A stretch of DNA of 32,000 nt. Source: Candidatus Arthromitus sp. SFB-mouse-Japan. Its GTDB lineage: Bacteria > Bacillota > Clostridia > Clostridiales > Clostridiaceae. Positions 20,962 to 29,894 of the stretch are shown piece after piece; the stretch's first letter is position 1; the number at the start of each line of letters is the position of its first letter. The notes under the pieces were generated by a model, which saw only the letters and a program-made list of their open reading frames with translations, ran no database searches and had not been told where the DNA came from. The stretch covers positions 750,001-782,000 of the forward strand of contig NC_015913.1 in the NCBI RefSeq assembly GCF_000270205.1, in the 5' to 3' direction. A program made the translations under genes and the position numbers.

Positions 20962-23016
20962 ATGGCAAAATATTTAGTTATCGTTGAATCGCCAGCAAAA
21001 GCTAAGACTATAAAAAAATATTTGGGATTGAATTATGAAGTTGTAGCATCAATGGGACATATTAGAGATTTGCCTAAGAGTCGATTAGGAGTATCTGTTG
21101 AAGATGATTATGAACCAAATTACATAAATGTTAGGGGAAAAGCTGATTTAATTAAATCACTTAAAAAGGCTTCTAAAAAGAGTGAAAAAGTTTTTTTAGC
21201 AACTGACCCAGATAGGGAAGGTGAGGCTATATCTTGGCATTTAGCTTATATATTAGGGATTGATGTTGATGATAAATGTAGAGTTGAATTTAATGAAATA
21301 ACAAAAACAACCATAAAAAACTCTATTAAAAATGCTAGAAGTATTAATTTGAATTTAGTTAATGCTCAGCAGGCTAGAAGAGTAGTAGATAGATTAGTTG
21401 GATATGGTATAAGTCCTATTTTATGGAAAACAGTGAAGCCTAAGTTGAGTGCTGGTAGGGTGCAGTCCGCGGCTCTGAAGTTAATATGTGATAGAGAAAA
21501 TGAAATAAATAGTTTTGAAGTTAAACAATATTTTACGATAGAAGGCAGTGGAAAAAAGAATTCTAAGAAATATGTGTTCAAACTTCATTCTAAGCACAAG
21601 GAAAAATTGGATGAATTAACAGAAAATAAAGTTTTAGAAATATTAGATGAGTTGTCCGAAGGAAAGTATATTGTAGATGAAATAAAGGAAGGCTCAAAAA
21701 ATAAGTATCCATCACCACCTTTTACTACAAGTACCCTTCAGCAAGAGGCTTATAAGAAATTAAATTTTCAGACAAAGAGGACTATGTCTGTTGCTCAGTC
21801 ACTATATGAGGGAGTTGAGGTTAAAGGATATGGAGTTGTAGGATTAATCACTTATATGAGAACGGATTCTGTTAGATTATCGGCTGATTCTTTAAATCAA
21901 GCAAATGAATTTGTGGCTAAAGTATATGGAGACAAATATAAACTTGATATACCGAGGCAATATGGGAAGAATAATAAAAATATTCAAGATGCACATGAAG
22001 CTATAAGACCTACCAATGTAGAAATTACACCAGATATTGCAAAGCAAACTTTAAAAGATGATCAGTATAAGTTATATTCTCTAATATGGAGAAGATTTTT
22101 GGCAAGTCAGATGCGTAATGCTGTATACAATACAATGGCTATTAGTATAAAAAATGGAGATTATTTATTTAAATTAAATGGATCTCAGTTGCAATTTGAT
22201 GGATTTTTGAAAGTTTATGAAGTTGATAAGGATGATAAAGACTTAATACTTCCAGCATTTGAAGAAGGGGAAGAATTAAAGAATGTTAAAGTGGAAAGTA
22301 TAGAACATTTCACACAACCACCTCCAAGATATACCGAAGCATCTTTTGTTAAATTATTGGAAGAAAAATCTATAGGAAGACCAAGTACTTACGTTCCAAC
22401 TATAAGTACTCTTTTCGATCGTATGTATTTAAAACGTCAAAATAAACAATTTGTTCCAACAGAATTAGGAATTATAGTCAATGATTTAATAAAAAATAAT
22501 TTTACAGAGATTGTTGATATAGAATTTACAGCTGACATGGAAAAAAAATTAGATGGGATAGAAGAAGGTAAAGCAAGTTGGAAAAGTATAGTTCATGAGT
22601 TCTATAAACCACTAAAAGAAAAAATTGATATAGCCGAGAATACAGTTAAGAAGGTTGTGATTGAAGACGAAGTTACTGATGTTTTATGTGATAAATGTGG
22701 GCGTAATATGGTTAAAAAACATAGTAGATATGGTGTTTTTCTAGCATGTCCAGGATATCCGGAATGTAAAAATACTAAGTCTATTATTCAAAAATTGAAC
22801 ATTCCATGTCCTAAATGTGGTGGGGAAATCAATGTTAGGAAGAGTAAAAAAGGAAAAGTATTCTATGGATGCAGTAAGTATCCTGAATGTGATTTTATAT
22901 CATGGAATGAACCGAGCAATGTTAAGTGTCCTAAATGTGGTGGTATTACAGTTAAGAAAATTAAAAGAAAACAGGAGTTCTATGAATGTATTGATCAAGA
23001 TTGTAAAGATAAATAA
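20962..23016 (+). CDS. topA: DNA topoisomerase I (type IA) with three C-terminal Zn ribbons
   Basis: N-terminus LVIVESPAKAKTIKKYLG (Toprim). Active-site Tyr context GLITYMRTDS. Three CxxC...C..C modules at the C-terminus. Confidence 0.95.
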   Translation: MAKYLVIVESPAKAKTIKKYLGLNYEVVASMGHIRDLPKSRLGVSVEDDYEPNYINVRGKADLIKSLKKASKKSEKVFLATDPDREGEAISWHLAYILGIDVDDKCRVEFNEITKTTIKNSIKNARSINLNLVNAQQARRVVDRLVGYGISPILWKTVKPKLSAGRVQSAALKLICDRENEINSFEVKQYFTIEGSGKKNSKKYVFKLHSKHKEKLDELTENKVLEILDELSEGKYIVDEIKEGSKNKYPSPPFTTSTLQQEAYKKLNFQTKRTMSVAQSLYEGVEVKGYGVVGLITYMRTDSVRLSADSLNQANEFVAKVYGDKYKLDIPRQYGKNNKNIQDAHEAIRPTNVEITPDIAKQTLKDDQYKLYSLIWRRFLASQMRNAVYNTMAISIKNGDYLFKLNGSQLQFDGFLKVYEVDKDDKDLILPAFEEGEELKNVKVESIEHFTQPPPRYTEASFVKLLEEKSIGRPSTYVPTISTLFDRMYLKRQNKQFVPTELGIIVNDLIKNNFTEIVDIEFTADMEKKLDGIEEGKASWKSIVHEFYKPLKEKIDIAENTVKKVVIEDEVTDVLCDKCGRNMVKKHSRYGVFLACPGYPECKNTKSIIQKLNIPCPKCGGEINVRKSKKGKVFYGCSKYPECDFISWNEPSNVKCPKCGGITVKKIKRKQEFYECIDQDCKDK

Positions 23017-23025
23017 AAATTTTTA

Positions 23026-23054
23026 TTGATGCTTGATTAGCTATATGGTATATT
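23026..23054 (+). promoter_or_regulatory. Sigma-A promoter of rpsB-tsf with extended -10
   Basis: TTGATG (23026-23031), 17 nt, TGG-TATATT (TG at 23046-23047, hexamer 23049-23054). A leader of roughly 100 nt follows. Confidence 0.6.
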
Positions 23055-23161
23055 ATTAACGTAATTAAGCACACTCTCTAATTTAAACTTTGGTGCCTTT
23101 GGATTAGGTTTGGTTTGGAGTATAGATAGTGGAAGATTTAACCAAATGGAGGATTTTAAGT

Positions 23162-23887
23162 ATGTCAATTATTTCAATGAAACAATTATTAGAAGCTGGT
23201 GTTCATTTTGGACATCAAACAAGAAGATGGAATCCTAAAATGAGTAGATTTATTTTTGCAGAAAGAAATGGAATATATATAATAGATTTACAAAAAACTG
23301 TTAAGAAATTAGAAGAAGCATATGAGTTTGTAAGGAGTTTGGCTACAGAAGGTAAAGATATTTTGTTTGTTGGAACGAAGAAACAGGCTCAAGAAACAAT
23401 AGGAGAAGAAGCACAGAGAGTAGGAATGCATTATGTTAACCATAGATGGTTAGGAGGAATGCTGACTAATTTTAGGACTATCAAGAATAGGATTAAACGT
23501 CTTGAAACTTTGAAAGAAATGGAAGAGAATGGAACATTTTCTTTGATGTTAAAGAAAGAGGTTATAAAGCTTCGTTCTGAAAGGGAAAAATTAGAAAGAA
23601 ATTTAGGTGGGATAAAGAATTTAGATGCTAATAATATTGGAGCAATGTTTATAATAGACCCTAAAAAAGAGAGAAATGCTATTTATGAAGCAAAAAAATT
23701 AGGGATTCCTATTGTATCAGTTGTGGATACAAACTGTGATCCAGATGAAATAGATTTTCCTATTCCAGGAAATGATGACGCAATAAGAGCTGTAAAATTA
23801 ATAACTAGTAAAATAGCTGATGCTATTGTTGAAGGAAGACAGGGTGTAGACGTTATAGAGGAAGTTCAAGAGACTCAAGAAGCTTAA
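23162..23887 (+). CDS. rpsB: 30S ribosomal protein S2
   Basis: [30 protein letters not shown] 23162 has GGAGGA 8 nt upstream. The track start at 23129 adds 11 non-homologous residues. Confidence 0.95.
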   Translation: MSIISMKQLLEAGVHFGHQTRRWNPKMSRFIFAERNGIYIIDLQKTVKKLEEAYEFVRSLATEGKDILFVGTKKQAQETIGEEAQRVGMHYVNHRWLGGMLTNFRTIKNRIKRLETLKEMEENGTFSLMLKKEVIKLRSEREKLERNLGGIKNLDANNIGAMFIIDPKKERNAIYEAKKLGIPIVSVVDTNCDPDEIDFPIPGNDDAIRAVKLITSKIADAIVEGRQGVDVIEEVQETQEA

Positions 23888-23902
23888 AAGGAGGAATATA
23901 CA

Positions 23903-24832
23903 ATGGTAACTGCACAATTGGTTAAAGAGCTGAGAGAATTAACTGGAGCTGGAATGATGGATTGTAAGAAGGCTCTATCTGAAACAGATGGTGACCTTGA
24001 AAAAGCTATAGATGTTTTAAGAGAAAAAGGTCTAGCATCGGCAGCTAAAAAAGCTGGAAGAGTTGCTGCTGAAGGGGTTGTTTCTTCTTATGTTAGCACA
24101 GATTTTTCTAAAGGGACTTTAGTTGAATTGAATTGTGAAACAGATTTTGTAGCTATTAACCCATTATTTGTAAAATTATCCAAAGAAATTTGTGAGATAG
24201 CTTCCGAAAATCAGTGTGATGATGTTCAAACAATTGAGAGCTTAAACTATAAGTTTAATCAGGAGTTTAGTACTGTTAAAGATGCTCTTATTGGGTTAGT
24301 ATCCAAACTTGGAGAAAATATATCATTAAGAAGAGTGGTTAATTATTCAGCTAATAATGGAGTTATTAATACTTATATTCATGGTGATGGTAAGATTGGT
24401 GTTATAGTTGAGTTAGAGAGTGATAATAAAAGTGAGGATGTTTTTAAAGTTGCTAAAGATATTTGTATGCAAATAGCTGCTAGTAATCCTCTATTTTTAG
24501 ATGTTAATAGTGTAGATCAATTAGTGGTTGAAAAAGAACGTCAAATTTTGAAAACTCAAGCTCTAAATGAAGGAAAACCAGAACAAGTAGTTGAAAAAAT
24601 GGTTGAAGGAAGAATCAAAAAATATTATCAGGAAGTTTGTTTAACTGAACAAAGTTTTGTTAAAGATCCAGATTTAACAGTTGCAAAGTTTATTAAAAAT
24701 AAATCTAAAGAATTAGGCTCAAAAATTCAAATTATACGTTTTTCTCGTTTTGAAAAAGGGGAAGGTATAGAAAAAATCGAAGAGAATTTTGCTGAAGAAG
24801 TTCAGAAACAGATGAATAAAGGTAATAAATAG
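23903..24832 (+). CDS. tsf: Translation elongation factor Ts
   Basis: N-terminus [19 protein letters not shown] is the canonical EF-Ts UBA-like domain. RBS AAGGAGGA. Confidence 0.95.
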   Translation: MVTAQLVKELRELTGAGMMDCKKALSETDGDLEKAIDVLREKGLASAAKKAGRVAAEGVVSSYVSTDFSKGTLVELNCETDFVAINPLFVKLSKEICEIASENQCDDVQTIESLNYKFNQEFSTVKDALIGLVSKLGENISLRRVVNYSANNGVINTYIHGDGKIGVIVELESDNKSEDVFKVAKDICMQIAASNPLFLDVNSVDQLVVEKERQILKTQALNEGKPEQVVEKMVEGRIKKYYQEVCLTEQSFVKDPDLTVAKFIKNKSKELGSKIQIIRFSRFEKGEGIEKIEENFAEEVQKQMNKGNK

Positions 24833-24845
24833 GAGTTGTTTTATT

Positions 24846-24879
24846 AAAGAGAACATGTTTGGCATTGTTCTCTTTTTTT
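24846..24879 (+). terminator. Intrinsic terminator after tsf
   Basis: 10-bp stem AAAGAGAACA / TGTTCTCTTT followed by further Ts. Confidence 0.75.
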
Positions 24880-24892
24880 GAAATTAATTTAA

Positions 24893-25618
<726 letters not shown>

Positions 25619-25632
25619 GTGAGGTGTTTAGT

Positions 25633-26190
25633 ATGATTAGTCAAATAGTGGATGTATTGAAAGAAAAGATGTTAAAAACTATGGATGTATTGGTAGGAGA
25701 GTTAGGCTCTGTCAGGGTAGGAAGAGCTAATCCAAATATGCTTGATAGAGTGGAAGTTGAGTATTATGGAGTTATGACTAGACTTAATCAGCTTGCTAAT
25801 ATTTCTACACCAGAGTCTAGAATATTAATGATTCAACCGTGGGAAAAAAATATTCTAAAAGATATTGAAAAAGCTATATTAAAATCAGATTTAGGATTAA
25901 TGCCAAACAACGATGGATCATCAATAAGATTAATTATTCCTGAAATGACAGAGGAGACGAGGAGAAATACTGTTAAAAAAGCTAAAAAGATTGCTGAAGA
26001 TTCAAAAGTTGCGTTAAGAGCTTTAAGAAGAGATGCTAACGATAAAGTTAAATTATTGAAAAAAGATGGATCAATAACAGAAGATGATTTAAAAAAAGCG
26101 GAAGATGATATACAAAAACAGACGGATAAATTTGTTAAAAAAGTGGATGAAATAGTTGCAAATAAAGAAAAAGAAATAATGTCAATTTAG
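25633..26190 (+). CDS. frr: Ribosome recycling factor
   Basis: Typical Frr sequence (LGSVRVGRANPNMLDRVEVEYYG...). ATG 25633 lies 8 nt after GAGG. The track start at 25624 is a GTG inside the RBS. Confidence 0.95.
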   Translation: MISQIVDVLKEKMLKTMDVLVGELGSVRVGRANPNMLDRVEVEYYGVMTRLNQLANISTPESRILMIQPWEKNILKDIEKAILKSDLGLMPNNDGSSIRLIIPEMTEETRRNTVKKAKKIAEDSKVALRALRRDANDKVKLLKKDGSITEDDLKKAEDDIQKQTDKFVKKVDEIVANKEKEIMSI

Positions 26191-26200
26191 GAAGGTTCGA

Positions 26201-26932
26201 TTGAAATTGAATTTGAAACATGGTAATCTTCCTAATCATATAGCTATAATTTTAGATGGTAATGGGAGATGGGCAAAAAATAGAAATCTTTCAAGAACTG
26301 AAGGCCATAAAGCCGGGGTCGAAAATTTAGAAATGCTTATAGATCAATGTAAGGATCTTAATATTAAGTACATAACATTATATGTATTTTCTACTGAAAA
26401 TTGGAAACGTCCAGCCTTTGAAGTTAATAATTTAATGTTATTATTAAATAAATATTTAACTGAAAGACTAGATGATTTGATGCAAAAAAATATAAGATTA
26501 AATGTTATTGGCGACGTTAGTAAATTACCAAAGAAAACAATGAAATTGATAGCATTTGTAATTAATGAAACTAAAAATAATTCTAAAATGGTTTTAACAC
26601 TTGCTATAAATTACGGGGCAAGGAATGAAATATTGAGGGCTGTTAAGAATTTAGCTGAAGATGCTAAAAATTCGAAATTAGATATTGATGATATTGATGA
26701 AAAATTATTTTCAAAGTATTTGTATACATATGATATACCAGATCCAGATTTATTGATTCGAACTAGTGGTGAGTATAGGTTAAGCAATTTTTTATTGTGG
26801 CAGTGTGCTTATACTGAGTTTTGGTATACAGATGTGTTTTGGCCAGATTTTAAAAAATCAGATTTATATGATGCTTTAGAGAGTTTTAAAAAAAGGAAAA
26901 GACGCTTTGGAAAGGTAGACGATGGGAATTGA
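26201..26932 (+). CDS. uppS: Undecaprenyl-diphosphate synthase (cis-isoprenyl transferase)
   Basis: HIAIILDGNGRWAK, and RTSGEYRLSNFLLWQCAYTEFWY. TTG start after AGGAAGG. Confidence 0.9.
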   Translation: MKLNLKHGNLPNHIAIILDGNGRWAKNRNLSRTEGHKAGVENLEMLIDQCKDLNIKYITLYVFSTENWKRPAFEVNNLMLLLNKYLTERLDDLMQKNIRLNVIGDVSKLPKKTMKLIAFVINETKNNSKMVLTLAINYGARNEILRAVKNLAEDAKNSKLDIDDIDEKLFSKYLYTYDIPDPDLLIRTSGEYRLSNFLLWQCAYTEFWYTDVFWPDFKKSDLYDALESFKKRKRRFGKVDDGN

Positions 26933-27707
26933 TTTTTCAAAAATAAATAAAAGATATATAGGATCATTAATAATTATCCCAATAATTATATCATTAATTT
27001 TAGGTGGTATGTTTTTAAAAATTGTGATGTTTACTATTACCATCTTATCTTTAATTGAGTTTTCAAATGTTTTCATGAAAAAAAATTTAAAAATTAATAT
27101 ATGTTTACTTATTTTTTTTGCAATAATATATTATATATTAGGGATTGAATACATAAATATTTTAGTACTTTTATTTTTACTTGTATTGCTATGTTTTTTA
27201 TTAGATTATAAAAATCACATTATAGATATAAGTTTGAGTTTTATAGCTGTTTTTTATATAGTAATACCGTTTAGTTTTATTTTTATATTAAGTGAAATAA
27301 ATAATTATCTACCATGGATTGTTTTTTTGTGTGCATGGACAACAGATACTATGGCATATGTAATTGGTAAAAATTTTGGTAGGCATAAATTGATTGAAAG
27401 AATAAGTCCAAACAAAACAATAGAGGGATTTGCTGGGGGAGTTATAAGTTGCATTATAGTTATTGTTCTTTATGGTACCATTTTTATGGATAAATTGGAT
27501 ATTCCGATAATTAATCTAATTTTATTGAGTTTTATAATAGGAGTTATTGGTCAAATAGGAGATTTGATCGCATCATCTATAAAAAGGTTTGTGGATATTA
27601 AAAATTTTAGTAATTTGATCCCCGGACATGGTGGTATATTAGATAGGTTTGATAGCATTTTGCTCATATCTATTGTGGTATTTATTTATTCGCAAATTTT
27701 TATATAA
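26922..27707 (+). CDS. cdsA: Phosphatidate cytidylyltransferase
   Basis: Polytopic protein with the CdsA C-terminal signature (SPNKTIEGFAGG...GDLIASSIKR...K.FSNLIPGHGGILDRFDS). Overlaps uppS by 11 nt. Confidence 0.9.
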   Translation: MGIDFSKINKRYIGSLIIIPIIISLILGGMFLKIVMFTITILSLIEFSNVFMKKNLKINICLLIFFAIIYYILGIEYINILVLLFLLVLLCFLLDYKNHIIDISLSFIAVFYIVIPFSFIFILSEINNYLPWIVFLCAWTTDTMAYVIGKNFGRHKLIERISPNKTIEGFAGGVISCIIVIVLYGTIFMDKLDIPIINLILLSFIIGVIGQIGDLIASSIKRFVDIKNFSNLIPGHGGILDRFDSILLISIVVFIYSQIFI

Positions 27708-27718
27708 AGGAGCATTAA

Positions 27719-28759
27719 ATGAGTAATTTAATTGTAATACTTTTGGTTGTATTAAGTTTTGGTATTCTTATAGTAGGTCATGAGTTTGGTCATTTTATAG
27801 TGGCTAAGATGAATGGAGTTTTAGTTGAAGAATTTGCTATAGGAATGGGACCATTAATATTTAAAATCAAAGGCAAGGAAACTATGTACTCTATAAGATT
27901 ATTACCTATTGGAGGATATGTTAAAATGTTAGGGGAGTATGATGAGTCTGATGATGAAGTTAGCCATTACGACAAAGATAGAGCGTACATACATAAGAGT
28001 CCCTTGAGAAAGATATCCATAATTTTAGCTGGTCCAGTCATGAATTTTATTTTAGCGTTTTTAATTTTTGGGGGTATTAGTGCATTCACTGGGTATACTT
28101 CCACAGTAATAAATGAGGTTATTGAAGGTAGTCCAGCTGAGGTTGCTGGCTTAAAGGTTGGAGATGAATTGGTGTCAATAAACTCTAAAAAGTTTTTGAA
28201 TTGGAATGAGTTTGTATTTAGATTGCAAACATCTGAAAGTAAAGAAAAGATTAATATAGGAGTTTTAAGAGATAACCAGAAGATGAATTTTGATGTTTTC
28301 CCAAAGATTGAAAATAATTCTTTGATTATAGGTATAAAACCAAAATTTATAGAAAATCCTGGTTTTTTTGAAGCTGTGTTTAATGGATTTAAGCAGACTT
28401 TTTCAGAAATTAAACAAGTATTATCTTCTTTGGCGCAACTTATAACAGGCAAAGCATCTGTTAAGGATTTAAGTGGACCAATAACTATTTTTAAGGTTTC
28501 TGGTCAAGCAGCTAAAGCTGGTATACAACAGTTATTAAATTTTACAGCTTTCTTAAGTGTAAATTTAGGTATTTTTAATTTGATACCTTTTCCAGCTTTG
28601 GATGGCGGAGCTGTTGTAGTTAATTTTATAGAATTGGTATCTAAAAAACGAATTAAGCAGGATATTTTAGCTAAGATAAATTATGTTGGATTTACTTTAT
28701 TGATTTTGTTAATGATTTTTGTTACTTTGAAGGATATATTTTTTCCTGTGAGTTTATAA
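27719..28759 (+). CDS. rseP: RIP site-2 metalloprotease (M50) with PDZ domain
   Basis: HEFGHF zinc motif, a PDZ segment (GSPAEVAGLKVGDELVSIN), and NLIPFPALDGG. Confidence 0.9.
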   Translation: MSNLIVILLVVLSFGILIVGHEFGHFIVAKMNGVLVEEFAIGMGPLIFKIKGKETMYSIRLLPIGGYVKMLGEYDESDDEVSHYDKDRAYIHKSPLRKISIILAGPVMNFILAFLIFGGISAFTGYTSTVINEVIEGSPAEVAGLKVGDELVSINSKKFLNWNEFVFRLQTSESKEKINIGVLRDNQKMNFDVFPKIENNSLIIGIKPKFIENPGFFEAVFNGFKQTFSEIKQVLSSLAQLITGKASVKDLSGPITIFKVSGQAAKAGIQQLLNFTAFLSVNLGIFNLIPFPALDGGAVVVNFIELVSKKRIKQDILAKINYVGFTLLILLMIFVTLKDIFFPVSL

Positions 28760-28789
28760 TTTTTATTTTAAGTAAGGAATGGTTTTAAG

Positions 28790-29839
28790 TTGGATAGAAT
28801 TTTAAAAAAGGAAGTTAGGATAGGAAATGTAATGATTGGTGGATGCAATCCAATAGCAATTCAATCTATGACTAATACTAATACTAAGGATGTAAATGCA
28901 ACTATAAATCAAATTAATGTTTTAGAAAAAGAAGGTTGTAATATAGTTAGAATTGCCATTACTGATAATCAAGAAGTGGATTGTATTTCTAAGATTAAAA
29001 AAAATACAAATATTCCTTTAGTTGCGGATATTCAATTTGATTATAGGATAGCGTTGGCTTGTATAAAAAATGGAATTGATAAAGTTAGGATAAATCCTGG
29101 AAATATTGGTAATGAAGATAAGATACGAGAAGTTGTTAATGCTTGTGAGGAATATGGAGTTCCTATAAGAATTGGAGTTAACGGTGGTTCTCTACAAAAG
29201 GATATTCTCAGCAGGTATGGGAAAAAGACTACTGATGCATTAGTTGAAAGTGCTTTAAAAAATGTTGATTTGTTGGAAAAGTTTGGTTTTAGGAATATAG
29301 TTATTTCTGTCAAATCATCTGATGTTGAGATGATGATTGAGTCCTATAAAAAAATTTCAAGTGCTGTTGATTATCCATTGCATTTAGGCGTTACTGAAGC
29401 AGGTTTGTTTTTATCAGGTGCTGTTAAATCAAGCATAGGTATTGGAACTTTATTACATAATGGTATAGGTGATACTATTAGGGTTTCTTTAACTGATGAT
29501 CCTGTAAATGAGGTTAAAGTTAGCAAGGAAATATTAAAATCTTTGAATATTTATAATAAGGGTGTGAATTTGATCTCTTGTCCAACTTGTTCTAGAACAA
29601 AGTTTAATCTTATAGATCTCGCTAACAAAGTTGAGCAGTTGACAAAAGATATAGATAAAAATATAACTATTGCTGTAATGGGATGTGCTGTTAATGGACC
29701 AGGTGAGGCTAGAGAGGCTGATATTGGAGTAGCTGGTGGAAATGGTGAAGGATTAATTTTTAAAAAAGGTGAAATACTTAGAAAAGTTAAAGAGGAATAT
29801 CTATTAGATGAATTGAAAAAGGAAATAGATACATTATGA
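28790..29839 (+). CDS. ispG: 4-hydroxy-3-methylbut-2-enyl diphosphate synthase (MEP pathway)
   Basis: TTG start. PIAIQSMTNT, RINPGNIG, and Fe-S Cys contexts CPTCSRT and GCAVNGPGE. Confidence 0.9.
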   Translation: MDRILKKEVRIGNVMIGGCNPIAIQSMTNTNTKDVNATINQINVLEKEGCNIVRIAITDNQEVDCISKIKKNTNIPLVADIQFDYRIALACIKNGIDKVRINPGNIGNEDKIREVVNACEEYGVPIRIGVNGGSLQKDILSRYGKKTTDALVESALKNVDLLEKFGFRNIVISVKSSDVEMMIESYKKISSAVDYPLHLGVTEAGLFLSGAVKSSIGIGTLLHNGIGDTIRVSLTDDPVNEVKVSKEILKSLNIYNKGVNLISCPTCSRTKFNLIDLANKVEQLTKDIDKNITIAVMGCAVNGPGEAREADIGVAGGNGEGLIFKKGEILRKVKEEYLLDELKKEIDTL

Positions 29840-29866
29840 AGAGAGGAAGTAATTCCTCTCTTTTAA
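29838..29866 (+). terminator. Weak hairpin / possible attenuator between ispG and polC
   Basis: Stem GAAGAGAGGAA / TTCCTCTCTTT with a GTAA loop, overlapping the ispG stop. Only a short U-tract follows, so efficiency is doubtful. Confidence 0.35.
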
Positions 29867-29894
29867 ATTGTGATATTATGGGTGAGTGGGAATA

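Noticed and set aside
27967-28452. A 161-aa ORF antisense to rseP, surprisingly long for an AT-rich genome.
   Set aside because: It has no RBS and no recognisable domain, and it lies exactly opposite a conserved essential gene. Long antisense frames arise from codon-phase bias. There is no independent support.
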